DNA of 64,000 nucleotides, from assembly GCA_951406725.2 (NCBI GenBank), contig OX597817.1, positions 9,486,001 to 9,550,000 of the forward strand, in the 5' to 3' direction. This DNA is from Octopus vulgaris (taxonomy: Eukaryota). The notes under the pieces were generated by a model that was not told where the DNA came from, ran no database searches, and saw nothing but the letters and a program-made list of their open reading frames with translations. How positions within the stretch are numbered: the first letter of the stretch is position 1; every line of letters starts with the position of its first letter. Made by a program: the position numbers and the translations under genes. Positions 12,495-26,006 of this stretch are shown piece after piece.

Positions 12495-12527
<33 letters not shown>

Positions 12528-12756
12528 TGTGGTGGTATCATTATACCGTTTTTTACTTCAACCAGTTGTAATATCATCAATATTGCTGTCGTAGTTGTTA
12601 CTGTTGTAGCTATTAGAATTCGCTCGGAGAAGTCTCTTCTTCTTCACCACTCCAATACTTTATATACGATTATTGCCTGGTGTGTAGTCTTAATTTGCCA
12701 CCACCCAGAGAAAGCTCAGATCAGCATTAACCAGCAAAACATTTTTAGACAGCAAA

Positions 12757-13028
12757 TTCTTCTTCTTTTTTCCTTCTTCTTCTTTTTCTTCTTCTTTATC
12801 TTTTTCTTCTTCTTCTTCTTCTTCTTCTTCTTCTTCTTCTTCTTCTTCTTCTTCTTCTTCTTCTTCTTCTTCTTCTTCTTCTTCTTCTTCTTCTTCTTCT
12901 TCTTTTTCTTCTTCTTCTTCATTTTCGTCTTCTTCTTCTTCTTCTTCTTCTTTCTTCTTCTTCTTCTTTCTTCTTCTTCTTCTTCTTCTTCTTCTTCTTC
13001 TTCTTTTTCTTCTTCTTCTTCTTCTTAC

Positions 13029-13078
<50 letters not shown>
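12757..13078. repeat. (TTC)n then (TTA)n microsatellite
   Basis: Direct observation. Confidence 0.95.
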
Positions 13079-13079
<1 letters not shown>

Positions 13080-13557
13080 GAATGTATTTAAGAAACTTTT
13101 TATGCTTCCAGGTATTCTGCGTCATATCGACTTTTGTCTACTGAGTTTGTCTAAAACGTTGCTGATGTATCCAACTTTAATGGAAGAAGCCCCACCCACC
13201 TAACAAAAAAAAAAAAAAAAAAAGACAAACTACCAACTCAACACACGTCACCGCTCTTATCCGCCAATCCGAACAAATTTACTGACAAAAAAAGAAAAGT
13301 ACATAAAAAACGTGTATTGATTCTTTTTTTTGTTTTTAATTTTTGTATTTTTTTTATCCATAACCTAAATTAAGTTAGAGACTTCATTTCATTTTTTTTT
13401 TCTTCTTTTCTCCCGCCGAAAATTGTATTTTCCGCCATATTTCGTAGTCTCGTTACGTCTGTCATACTGTTATATTACTGTGAAATTTCTTCTTCTTTTT
13501 CTTTCTTTTTTTTTTTTTTTTCATTTAACCCGAGGGCTACTTCATGCGGTTAAACTG

Positions 13558-13558
<1 letters not shown>

Positions 13559-13620
<62 letters not shown>

Positions 13621-13642
13621 TAATAATGATAATAATAATAAT

Positions 13643-13675
<33 letters not shown>

Positions 13676-13799
13676 AAGAAGAAGAAGATGAAGAAGAAGA
13701 AGAAGATGAAGAAGAAGAAGAAGAAGAAGATGAAGAAGAAGAAGAAGATGAAGAAGAAGAAGAAGATGAAGAAGAAGAAGAAGAAGAAGAAGAAGAAGA
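13559..13799. repeat. (TAA)n then (GAA)n microsatellite
   Basis: Direct observation. Confidence 0.95.
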
Positions 13800-15081
13800 T
13801 CCCGGTGCAAACCTTGTTTAAGCAACAACGGGCAAGATTTTAATTAGAAAGACATTTTGGAATTTAGCTACTACAAATATTTTTAATTTTTACTCTGCTT
13901 TTCTTGTATTTTGTTTAAAAATTCTTAAACGATGGCATCCATTAATGAAGAATAATTCCTATTTACTTCATACGAAGGAATATAGGAATTTATGATGCTG
14001 ACACGTGTTGCTCTTTTTTGCTGTAAAACTCAAAGTCAGTCTTATTTAGCACACATATATTCAAAGGTGTTCTTACCGTGTCATTCTGCCATTTGTTTTC
14101 ATACATTTTCTAAGATTACTTTAACCAACATACCCTTCACTTTTCGAAAAGGTAAGATGCCATTTATGGGAGATTTCGCTTCTGTTTCGATCGAATTAAG
14201 CGACTGTGTAGAGGCTCCTTCGCTTGTTTTTTTTTTCTTTTTTAATAAGACGTAAATAACGGGAGTAAATTTAAAAGCTGCTCTGTCTTTAATTAACAGT
14301 TTACTCTACAGTGCAATCTAGTTTTTATGAATTGAAGGGATTTGGCTAGAATCGTTTTCTTCTTTGTTGGAAAGAAAACTTGAACCGATCACATGGCCAC
14401 AGTCAAATGAATGAAACAAGTAAAAGAGTAAAAGAGTAAGCAAAAGTCAACTTAAAGGACGGACGAACGTTCTTTGTTATTTTTTTTTGAGAATAACAAA
14501 ATAAATAGCAGTCACTTACAGGGCACAAATAATGATGAAAGACACGGTATCGCGAACATTAGTAACAACACCAGTTATCCGAGGGACAGAATTTGGTCTA
14601 GGAGACATCCATCATCGCTTTGATTTTAAGAGACCCCCCCCCCCCAATAGAAAACCAAAGCAAGTATTGTTGCTGAAGAAATTCCCTGCTGACTAAAATA
14701 TATCTAATTTTGGCACTAGATTAGCAATTCTGAAGCAAGCGGATGTCGATTACACCGACTACCGTGCTCAACTGGTACTTATTTTAACGATACCAAGAGA
14801 ATTAAAAGCAAAGTCAACCTCAGCAGCGCTTGAACTAAAAACTTTAAAAAGCCTGAAGAAATGATGCAAAATATTCTATCCGGTGCAGTAATGACTCAGT
14901 CAGTTCGTTGCTTTTTCCTAACTAAAATATTAAAATAAAACGTTGATACACTCTGTATCTTCTCGAGGATTACAGTAAGAGTGCACGTGTCTGGGGAAAA
15001 AAAAATACACGGTAATTTAATGAACAAGCAGTTCAGTTGATTAAGCAACGACGGAGATCAACTTTCTGTCTAAGAACATTG

Positions 15082-15334
15082 AATCTCCACGAGGCTTCGG
15101 CGGAATGGGAGGGGCAAACCCTGCTGTATTCTTTCACCACAGCTTTCTCTCACTCTTTCTTCCTGTTTCTGTTGTACCAGTATTTCAAAGGGGCCAGCCT
15201 TGTCACACACTGTGTCACGCTGAATCTCCCCGAGAACTACGTTAAGGGTACACGTGTCTGTTGAGTGCTCAGCCACTTGCACGTTAACTTCACGTGCGGG
15301 CTGGAACCCATGCCATCGTAACCGACGGAGTGCC
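15082..15334 (+). mobile_element. SINE family C, headless copy
   Basis: Matches the reverse complement of 17878-18125 and 57131-57400. Confidence 0.75.
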
Positions 15335-15335
15335 A

Positions 15336-15385
<50 letters not shown>

Positions 15386-16053
15386 ATGTCCATTGTGTAG
15401 GCATTGTGTATGTTTGTTTGTGACTGTGCGGGGTTACCGACTTCGAGAACCATTAATGTGCATACATCGTTTTAGAATAACCGGGAAGCAAGAATGTGAA
15501 ATGAAAGTGCATGTTACTTCTAATAACCGATGAGGCTGGCGATGATGACAAAACGATGATGACAAGAAAGACGCTCACGATGATGATGATGATGATGGCG
15601 GTGGTGATGATTGTGTTGGTGGCGGTGAAGATTCTGATTATGGTAGCAGCAACGACGATGACGACGATGGCGATGACTATGATGATGATGAGGGTGACTA
15701 TGACGATGGTGATGGTGATGATGGTGACGACGGCGATATGATGATGGGGAAAATGATTCTGATGAAGATGGTGATGATGAGGAAGAGGACGGTGATGACG
15801 CGACGACGACGTCGACGATGGTGGTGAGGATGATGATGATGGTGATGATGATGATGATGGTAATAACTTGAGATGGAGAGCGATGGATGTGGTGGTACAA
15901 GAGATTCATGTGAACTCAAAAGATAATCCTCTCTAAGATAACACGGATGGAACTCAAGCGAATTGATATAGATGCTGGGATTAATCTACTTTGAGAATAA
16001 ATACTTGCGATTGTTCTAGTTTCCAGCGTAATTAATCAATAACGCTTCCTTGC

Positions 16054-16068
16054 CTAGTAGTAGTAGTG

Positions 16069-16100
<32 letters not shown>

Positions 16101-16101
16101 G

Positions 16102-16150
<49 letters not shown>

Positions 16151-16176
16151 TAGTGGTAGTAGTAGTAGTGGTGGTA

Positions 16177-16218
<42 letters not shown>

Positions 16219-16453
16219 ATAATAGTAGTAGTAGTAGTAGTAACAGCAGCAGCAGCAGTAGTAGTGGTGGTAGTGGTAGTAGTAGTAGTGGTAGTAGTAG
16301 TAGTAGTAGTAGTAACAGCAGCAGCAGTAGTAGTGGTGGTGGTGGTGGTAGTAGTAGTAGTAGAAGAAGAAGAAGAAGAAGAAGAAGCTGTAGCAGTAGT
16401 AACAGCAACAGATTTAGTAGTAATAGCAGCAGAAGCAGTAAAGATAGTAGTAA

Positions 16454-16498
<45 letters not shown>

Positions 16499-16555
16499 CA
16501 ACAGAGTAATAGCAACAGCAGCAGCAGTAGTAGTAGTTGTAGTAGTAGCAGCAGC

Positions 16556-16613
<58 letters not shown>

Positions 16614-16737
16614 ATAACAGTAGTAGTAATAGTAGTAGTAGTAGCAGCAGCAGTAGTAGTAGTAGTGGTAATAGTACTAGTAACAGAGGTAATAGCGACA
16701 GGAGCGGCAGTAGTAGTAGTAGTAATAGTAGTAGTAT

Positions 16738-16777
<40 letters not shown>
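16054..16777. repeat. Long degenerate (AGT)n array
   Basis: Direct observation. Source of the spurious poly-S/V/T/L ORFs. Confidence 0.95.
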
Positions 16778-17152
16778 TGAAATTGTGGCAACTGTAACAA
16801 TTCTGGTGCATACTGCTGCTGCTGTTTCCAATGATAATAGTGATGCAGATGTTGCTATTGTTGCTGTTGATGATGATGATGATGATGATGATGACGACGA
16901 CGACGATGATAAAGGCGATGAGAGTGATAGTGACTGAAAAACTGGTTATGATGGATGTTAAGGATCATGATGTTGTTGGTGTTCGGGGTGTTGATGACGA
17001 CAACACAAAGAAGAATTAGTAAAAAGAAAAGGAAAAGAAAAAGAAAAAAAAGATTAATAAATAAAGAGGAAAAAAAAATTTTAGAAATCGCAGCGGAGAT
17101 GAATAATGAAAAAGAAGGAAAAAAAAATCGGAGTCTGCAGTTCACACGCACG

Positions 17153-17219
<67 letters not shown>

Positions 17220-17328
17220 CAACGTCAATCCTGCTAAAAATCTATTCCGTCACATTATGTTGGAAAGAAGTTCATCGAAATGGAATTTGAAGAGAACAAA
17301 GAACAAAGAAGAGAGGGTGAGAGATGGG

Positions 17329-17377
<49 letters not shown>

Positions 17378-17877
17378 GGAAAATGAAAGTGGTTTGTGAA
17401 GTGAAAGAAAACCAAAATAATCTATCACCCGTTCCCTTTGTTTTAATCCATATCTGTCTGTCTATCTATCTAACTATCTATTCTATTCTATTATATTCTA
17501 TTATATAGATACTTAAGTACAAGTTGGTAGTAAGAAACAGTAGGGAAAATACAAGTACTCAATGTATATGATAGAGTGTAATTATTCTGTTCGGCTGAAG
17601 CCATATAACTTTATTCGGTTCAACGTGTGAAGCCTTCCACAGACGACAATTTAAAATGGCCGATAAAATACGAACAGATATCTATGCGAAGCAGTAGGAT
17701 AAAACAAACATAGACATTTCCTTTTGGTTAAACTGAGTATCACGTTAAATCCAATAACCACACTAATACTTTTCAAATTGTGTTAAAAATGCATTTAATT
17801 CCTTGAATTTTCTAGCAACCACATAAGCCAATACGATTTTGAAGGAAATGTTCGGAGTAAACCATTACTAGATAAAT

Positions 17878-18236
17878 AGAAGCACTCCGTTGGTTACGAC
17901 GACGAGGGTTCCGGTTGATCCGATCAACGGAACAGCCTGCTGAGCACTCCACAGACACGTGTACCCTTAACGCAGTTCTCGGGGATATTCAGCGTGACAC
18001 AGAGAGTGACAAGGCCGGCCCTTTGAAATACAGGTACAACAGAAACAGGAAGTAAGAGTGAGAGAAAGTTGTGGTGAAAGAGTACCGCAGGGATCACCAC
18101 CATCCCCTGCCGGAGCCTCGTGGAGCTTTAGGTGTTTTCGCCCAATAAACACTCACAACGCCCAGTCTGGGAATCGAAACCGCGATCCTACGACCGCGAG
18201 TCCGCTGCCCTAACCACTGGGCCATTGCGCCTCCAC
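17878..18236 (-). mobile_element. SINE family C (tRNA-Arg-like head), full length
   Basis: Head ggcgcaatggcccagtggttagggcagcggactcgcggtcg...ggtttcgattccc. TSD actagataaa at 17867-17876 and 18237-18246. Confidence 0.88.
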
Positions 18237-18614
18237 ACTAGATAAAACAATGCATTCAAATGAGAAAAGCAACCCCGATTACATACAAGTAAATAACGAG
18301 ACAAAAGGTTCAGTCATATCGTTATAGAAAACGGTATTGAACCCCTTAACTTATGGAAGTCGTATTTGATACTCAAGAATTACAATGATAACTTTATAGA
18401 GAAGCCTAAATGAAAGCTAATTAATCTCCCGAAAAGCGAATGAGCTCAATCAGTAATATTTAAACTGATTTGGTAATTAAAAGAACTGAGCAAATTACGA
18501 ACTTAACATAATGGAAATAGTATCGAAGACAAATCAACTATAGATTCAACCAGTTCGATACTGTGGAAATCTACCAATTCACCTGTAACAGTCTTCTGTA
18601 AACTGAGAGTATAA

Positions 18615-19092
18615 TCTTTATATATAAAAGAGAGGTTGTGTGCTGTCTGTCTCATACGATTTAGATTCCTAACTACTCCCACATTTTGCGGTGCAGTTTA
18701 ACCAAAACCGGGTATCTTATAGTCGTGATTCATATCGAGCCCTTCTGGGTATTAGCGCGCGTCTACGATGAGTCTACGATTTAATAAAAAAATTACCATA
18801 ATTTTTTTTCCATTTTAATGCATTTCGCTATTAATAAGTAACCTCAAAATGTCTACATAGTCAACGATTAAAAAAATTTCATCATTTTTTCCCATTTTTA
18901 ATTTTTCGCTATTATATAAGGGAAGTAACTCTCTAAAAATGTCTACGATGAGTCAACGATTAAAAAAAATTTACCATCATTTTTTTCCCATTTTTAATGC
19001 ATTTTTTTGCTATTTTTTGGCTATAACTCTCTTAAAATGTTTATATAGTTATTTCCCTTACAAACCCGAGCAACGACGGGCGTTACTGCTAG
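18615..19092 (+). mobile_element. Non-autonomous Helitron (3 internal repeat units)
   Basis: A|TC 5' end, subterminal hairpin cccgagcaacgacggg, CTAG|T 3' end, no TSD. Confidence 0.85.
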
Positions 19093-19490
19093 TAAAATAT
19101 AAAGATTTAAATATTCCATTACTCAGTATAATAGATACATAATAGATACGAAGCGAGAGGAAGAAACACTCATGTTTTTTCCTTTCCTAACAACATAAAT
19201 ATAAAACTACAACCGAAATGTCAAGCAGTGTTGTATTCACTGCCATCTGGTATTCTATGGCGTACCTTATAAATCAAAGTTATTGTTTCACTACTTCATA
19301 GGATAGTTAAAATACAGTAACGACAAAATATAACAAGATATAAAATGAAAACACAAACACATCTGCAAATGAACAATGTGCAGATATTCCACATTCAAGC
19401 GTCGTACTTTATGCTGCCTAGATACCTCACACCAAGTCTGTACTTAGTTCTATGAGATAAAACCGCAAAAAACATCCTCCAATGTGGTTA

Positions 19491-19875
19491 TCTTTATATA
19501 TAAAAGTGAAGTTGTGTGTCTGTCTCCTACGATTTAGATTCCTAACTACTCCCACATTTTGCGGTGCAGTTTAACCAAAACCGGGTATCTTATAGTCGTG
19601 ATTCATATCGAGCCTGTCTGGGTATTAGCGCGCGTCTACGATGAGTCTACGATTTAAAAAATAATTTACCATAATGTTTTTCCATTTTAATGCATTTTTT
19701 CGCTATTATATAAGGGAAGTAACTCTCTAAAAATGTCTACGATGAGTCAACGATTTAAAAAAAAAATTTTACCATAATTTTTTTTCCATTTTTAATGCAT
19801 TTTTTTGCTATTTTTTGGCTATAACTCTCTAAAAATGCTTGTATAAACCCGAGCAACGCCGGGCGATACTGCTAG
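19491..19875 (+). mobile_element. Non-autonomous Helitron (2 internal units)
   Basis: A|TC...cccgagcaacgccggg...CTAG|T. Confidence 0.85.
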
Positions 19876-21232
19876 TACCAAATAAATTAATCTTTATAAG
19901 CGTCGGCATTTGTCCGTTTGTCTTTATACAATTTCGCTGGAAACCCAGATGCAACCCACCTTTTGGAGTAAAACAAGAATGATTCAAATAAACGTGTGTA
20001 AAGAGAGTGGCTGTTGAAATTGATAAGTTAGGCAGGAGAGTTAGTGTGAGGCACTAAAACGTTGCCAGTTTCTCACGTCACTGAGATTTTATATCTTGTT
20101 CAGTTATTCTTTAATCTCTGTCTCCCACACAATTTATTGTTTTATATCTAAATTTCTTTATATTTTAAAAGTATTCAGATTTTATGCTTTATAAACCGAG
20201 CAGCTAAATTTTATAATATTTGAATATATTTCGAATTTATAAAAATTTATATTTCCACAGAGTGTAATGCGTGAATGGTTTAGAAGAGAAAAAATTTTAA
20301 GTTAGTTATTTTTTTAAAAGTATGATTTTTCGAAATAAGACATTTTAATAATGGCATTGTCTATACATGTTCTATAAAATATAGTTGTCTCCAGTATGAT
20401 TATAGATACTGGTAGAGCACTTTTAGAACATTAGGTTTATCAATTTGTGTCGCAAGATTTCCTAGTGACACATAGAACTAACGCGACACTTAGACAGATC
20501 ACAGAGGCTACACACATAGCAGTAGACAGACCGAACCTCAAAAGAAAACACGAATAGGACTGTAACACACACTACCACACCACACATATGACTAAAGACA
20601 GATGAGAAGAGAAGAGAGAGAAAAATCGTAAATAATACATAGATACATACAGGGTAATATACACACAATAGACATATATGCACTTACCTGTTATACATAT
20701 AAGAAATACAGAATGATAAAAATAATACATAAATAAATAAATAGATAAATAAATAAATATATTTGTCAAGAACTTGTGATAAATAAAAGAAATATAGATA
20801 AAATATATAAATAAATAAATTTCTATAAAGGGCATGGATACAAACAACATACGGAGCGAGCCCATGCACAAACGCAAGAAATTTCACGGACGGCCACAAC
20901 AATAGCAACAACACGAATAATAACGACAGCAGTAGCGGCGGTGACAACGATGGCAATAACAACAACAACAACTACCACGATGGCAACACCGTGGGCGAAC
21001 ACACAAACACAGAGGGATAGAGGAACTGTACCAAATTTTCGGGTGTTAGGTCAGCAGCAGCACAAATGGGTGAGAAGTTGGGGTTGAGGGGAAGGTCATA
21101 CTGCTGCTAAGGACAATGACACACACACAAACATACACACACATACACACACAAACACCGACGCATAAGGATTCACATCTTGGAAGAACAGAATGGAGTA
21201 AGTGGAGCAAGAGCACACACGAAAACGAAAAA

Positions 21233-21277
21233 TGTCGCTGAAGAGGTCACAGATGTGTGACGAAAGATTTTCGGACA
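21233..21277 (+). ncRNA. Degenerate type I hammerhead motif
   Basis: UGUCg-CUGAAGA-g-GUCACA gaug UGUGAC-GAAA-gauuu-UC-gGACA. One extra G before stem II, weak stem III, mismatch closing stem I. Confidence 0.55.
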
Positions 21278-21539
21278 ATGGACATGAGGTAAAAAATAAA
21301 AAAAAGAACAGTAATAAACGAATGAAGAACAAATATATAGTGCAGGTGTTTATTTGACAAAAAAAATAAAGCAAACATAAAAATGACCATCCCGAAATAC
21401 AACAATACTATTAGAACATTTAAATGTAGAATAGTGAAAAGATAAATTATCGTCTATGTTTTGAAACTGTGTACTAAATTCTTGAGTTTTAAATAGAAAA
21501 TTTTAATTGCCTATTCATATCTGAGACGAGGTATTTGTT

Positions 21540-21610
21540 TGATTAATATACTACGGTCTCAGTTCCATGACGGCATGCAAGCACGTGTGACTTTGGGTGG
21601 TGATCAATCT
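21540..21610 (+). mobile_element. Short RTE RT fragment
   Basis: INILRSQFHDGMQARVTLGGDQS. Confidence 0.6.
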
Positions 21611-22065
21611 CCCAGATCTCTTCAACCTATTGCTATTCCTCTTCACAATCTGCAACTGAAAGTAGGAACATCCATTGCTACAAAATTCGAAACTCTACAG
21701 TGGTACAAGACTTCCTGTCAAAACTCTGATTCGATGGAAGCTACCATTGTGATTACTTGTACCAATAGAGAAGATGCTATCATCACACTCATTCCCTTCA
21801 TCTCATCAGGTATTAAATTTCAATGAGTCACTAGACTGTAACCATGCTGGGGCGAATCGTCCCACTACTTATATTTTAAAACCTGGTACTAATTCTATCG
21901 GTAGATGTAAGCACACCAACACCGATTGTCAAGTGGTGCTGCAGGATAAACATTGACACACACACACTCATACAGACACACACACATACACACACACACA
22001 GACACACACACACGCACGCACACACACACACACGTGTGTGTGTATGTATGTTTGTTGTTTGTTCC

Positions 22066-22333
22066 TTCTCGAGCCATGCCTGGCTCATAAGGGCCGGTTT
22101 CTGGTTTCGGGATTCCTTGGCGTATAGGTTCTCCACCTGGACGGGACGTCGGTCCGTCGCAGGTGAGCTGCAAGATGCAGGAGGAAAGAGTGAGAGAATG
22201 TTGTGGCGAAAGAGTCAGCGGAAGCGTGGAGCTTAGGTGTTTCGCTCATAAGCACACACAGCGCCCGGTCTGAGATTCGAACTCGCGATCTCTCGACCAC
22301 ATGTCCGCTGCTGTGTTAGGCCATGTGTTTCCA
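22066..22333 (-). mobile_element. SINE family C head with V-domain-like tail, diverged
   Basis: Same architecture as 48003-48318. Confidence 0.7.
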
Positions 22334-22339
22334 CATATG

Positions 22340-22384
<45 letters not shown>

Positions 22385-22387
<3 letters not shown>

Positions 22388-22479
22388 TGTTATAAGAACG
22401 CAAAGCGAATACCAAATAATTTGCTCGTAAAGCTAACATTCAAATAAAAAAATGTTGTAGATGTGTCTGTATGCACGTG

Positions 22480-22516
<37 letters not shown>

Positions 22517-22540
22517 TTTGATAGGTTTCGGCCATTATTG

Positions 22541-22576
<36 letters not shown>

Positions 22577-22670
22577 CATGTGCATACAGACACATCTACA
22601 ACATTTTTTTATTTGAATGTTAGCTCTACGAGCAAATTATTTGGTACTCGCTTTGAGTTCTTAGAAAACT
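22385..22670. repeat. ~100-bp-arm inverted repeat around (TA)n, a 28-bp core and (TA)n
   Basis: 22385-22485 is the reverse complement of 22571-22670 with about 6 mismatches. Confidence 0.92.
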
Positions 22671-22864
22671 TATATATGAATATTTGTATACGAGAATTCA
22701 TTTAGAATGGGTCTAAGAAGTCAAAACAGATCATTCACTCAGAAGCGATATTCAGTTTAAAATAATTTAACTCTACATTATATATTCATTCCTCTCCCTC
22801 CCCCTCTCTCTCTACACACACAAGTGCATGCACACATACACACACACACATATATATATATATA

Positions 22865-23168
22865 TCTTTATATATAAAACTGAAGTTGTGTGAGCGTCTG
22901 TCTCCTCCGATTTAGATTCCTAACTACTCCCACATTTTGCGGTGCAGTTTAACCAAAAGCGGGTATCTTATAGACGTGATTCATATCGAGCTCTTCTGGG
23001 TATTAGCGCGCGTCTACGATGAGTCTACGATTTAAAAAAAATTTACCATCATTTTTTTCGTTTTGTTAATGCATTTTTGCTCGGTTTATATAAGGGAAGT
23101 AACTCTCTGCAAATGCTTATATAGTTATTTCCCTTACAAACCCGAACAACGCCGGGCGATACTGCTAG
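22865..23168 (+). mobile_element. Non-autonomous Helitron (1 internal unit)
   Basis: A|TC...hairpin...CTAG|T. Confidence 0.85.
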
Positions 23169-23498
23169 TATTACATACAGCATAGGCTAAGTGGAGCCCA
23201 GCATTTGAAAATAGCTAAACTTCTTAAACAAAAGAATATTAAACTCTAAATTCATATCATGAATTGAGTACTAAATTTTAATGAATCTATTTCAATCAAA
23301 CAAAATTCAACAAGGTAATACAAAATTATCACCATAATCGTCGTCGTCATCGTTGTCCTCGACGTTTTGGACGTTGTCATCGTCATTTTGTTGTAGTTGT
23401 TGTTCCTCTTGTTATTATTATTATTCTTACCACCACCACCACAACCACCCTCACCATCTTCCTTCTCCTCCTCCTCCTCATTATTATTATTATTATTG

Positions 23499-23581
<83 letters not shown>

Positions 23582-23583
<2 letters not shown>

Positions 23584-24005
23584 GGCGAAGAGTTGGCAGA
23601 ATCGTTAGCAGGCTGGGTGAAATGCTTAGCGTAATTTCCTCTGCCGCTACGTTCTGAGTTCAAATTCCGCCGAGGTCGACTTCACCTTTCATTCTTTCGG
23701 GGTTGATAAATTAAGTACTAGTGAAACACTGGGTTCGATGTAATCGACTAACACATTTCCCCAAAATTTCAGGCTTTGTGCCTATAGTAGAAAGGATTAT
23801 TATTATTATTACTATTATTATTACCGGGCGAAGGGCTTAGAAGCATTTCATCCGTTTTTCCGTCCTGAGCTCAAATTCCGATGAGGTCGACTTTGCCCTT
23901 CATCCTTCGGGGTCGATAAAATGAGTACCAGTTGTGTACTGGGGTCAATGTAATCGACGTACCTTTTCCCTCGAAATTTCAGTTCTTGTACCTACAGTAG
24001 AAAGT
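23582..24005 (+). mobile_element. Two tandem family A SINEs with (ATT)n tails
   Basis: Copies at about 23582-23797 and 23824-24005, both ending cttgt(g/a)ccta(t/c)agtagaaa followed by (ATT)n. Confidence 0.8.
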
Positions 24006-24021
24006 ATTATTATTATTATTA

Positions 24022-24072
<51 letters not shown>

Positions 24073-24180
24073 GTATTAGTAGTAGTAGTAGTAGTAGTAG
24101 TACTAGCAGTAGTGGCAGCAGCACCGATAATATATGATGTATATACATATTTTCTCTCTCTCTCTAATTTTATATATATA

Positions 24181-24302
24181 TATATGAATAAATGAAAGAA
24201 TGGAGTCGAACGAAGATGTTAACAAAATTCCTTTACTCTCGACACAGTAAAGGAACTTTGTTAACATCTTCGTTCGACTCCATTCTTTTATTTATTCATA
24301 TA
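24181..24302. repeat. Near-perfect hairpin, 57-bp arms with 8-nt loop
   Basis: 24181-24237 versus 24246-24302, 2 mismatches, loop ctcgacac. Confidence 0.95.
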
Positions 24303-24453
24303 CAATACACAAATTTCTACACATGAACCCGGAGTTTCTACCCTTGACAGGTCGCTTCAACCGTGTTTCTGACGTGAATTTGCTACCCAGGTTTCGGTTA
24401 AACGAATTTTCCATGCTGACGATAAACATAGGATAATTCATTCACCTACTTAA

Positions 24454-24488
<35 letters not shown>

Positions 24489-25043
24489 TGTATGTATGTA
24501 TGTATGTATGTATGTATGTATGTATGTATACGAAAGATCGAAAGAGGAATTCTGAAACAAGCCATAGGAGGTAACGCCCATTTGAAAATTTTGCAGTCGA
24601 AGTTTTCCATTTGCATTGACCGTTTTGATTTTACCCCCCACCAGCCAAATACCTTATACAGAACAACATCACCACTCCAAGTGAAATTATACGATGTAAC
24701 TGATACGATGATAACAGATAAACCACACTCTGCAATCGACACCTAAAACACGGATATATATAGATTTATTGTTCACGTACTTGGATGTTCTATTAAACCC
24801 TAAAGGTAAGCTAAACGCAACTTCCTGAAGCAAAAACATGACAACGTTTCTTCTGCCTCGTTGATATTAGTTGCAAGAAGGGAATTTCAAATGCATTGGT
24901 TGCTGTAACGGAAGAACTCGTGTAACACACAAACCAGAATGCATACATACATACAAGGAACACCCTGGAAACAATTAGAAACATATTGTTTACCCCACCT
25001 TGCACATGGATTTATTATGCAAGCAAGCATACACGCACGTAGA

Positions 25044-25862
25044 TATGTATGTATGTATGTATGTATTCGTGTATGTATGTATGTATGTATGTATGTATGT
25101 ATGTATGTATGTATGTATGTATGTGTGTGTGAGTGTGTGTATGTATGTATGAATGTATGTATGTATGTATGCATGTATGTATGTATGTATGAATGTATGT
25201 ATGTATGTATGCATGTATGTATGTATGTATGTATGTATGTATGTATGTGTGTATGTGTGTGTGTATGTATGTATGTATGTATGTGTGTATGTGTGTGTGT
25301 ATGTATGTATGTATGTATGTATGTGTGTATGTATGTATGTATGTATGTATGTATGTGTGTATGTATGTGTGTGTATGTATGTATGTATGTATGTATGTAT
25401 GTATGTATGTGTGTGTGTGTATGTGTGTATGCGTTTATGTGTGTATGTATGTATGTATGTGTGTATGTATGTGTGTATGTATGAATGTGTGTATGTATAT
25501 ATGTATGTATGTATGTGTATGTATGTATGTGTGTATGTATGTGTGTATGTATGTATGTATGTATGTATGTATGTATGTATGAATGTATGTATGTATGTAT
25601 GTATGTAAGTATGTAAGTATGTATGTATGTATGTATGAATGTATGTATGTATGTATGTATGTATGTAAGTATGTAAGTATGTATGTATGTATGTATGTAT
25701 GTAAGTATGTAAGTATGTATGTATGTATGAATGTATGTATGTATGTATGAATGTATGTATGTATCTATGCATGCATGTACGTATGTATGTATGTATATAT
25801 GTATGTATGTATGTATGTATGTGTGTGTGCGTATGTATACACATCTATATATATGTATGTAT
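25044..25862. repeat. ~800 bp (TATG)n/(TG)n array
   Basis: Direct observation. Confidence 0.95.
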
Positions 25863-25974
25863 ACTTACGTTATTTATGCATATAGATAGGTAGGTAGGTT
25901 ATTGTCTACATATGTGCATGTCTGTATGTGTGCGTTTATACGTGAATACAGATGTAAATGAATATCTATGTATG

Positions 25975-26006
<32 letters not shown>

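Noticed and set aside
12435-16937. Long ORFs (218, 271, 295 aa) with poly-F/S/T/V/L
   Set aside because: Translations of trinucleotide microsatellites open in several frames on both strands, with no domain signal.
18160-18236. tRNA-Arg gene (also 48240-48316 and 57440-57514)
   Set aside because: These are SINE heads continuing into SINE bodies with TSDs.
24939-25844. 181-284 aa YIHT/MYVC ORFs (similar ones at 27.3, 52 and 56 kb)
   Set aside because: Stop-free (TATG)n repeats.
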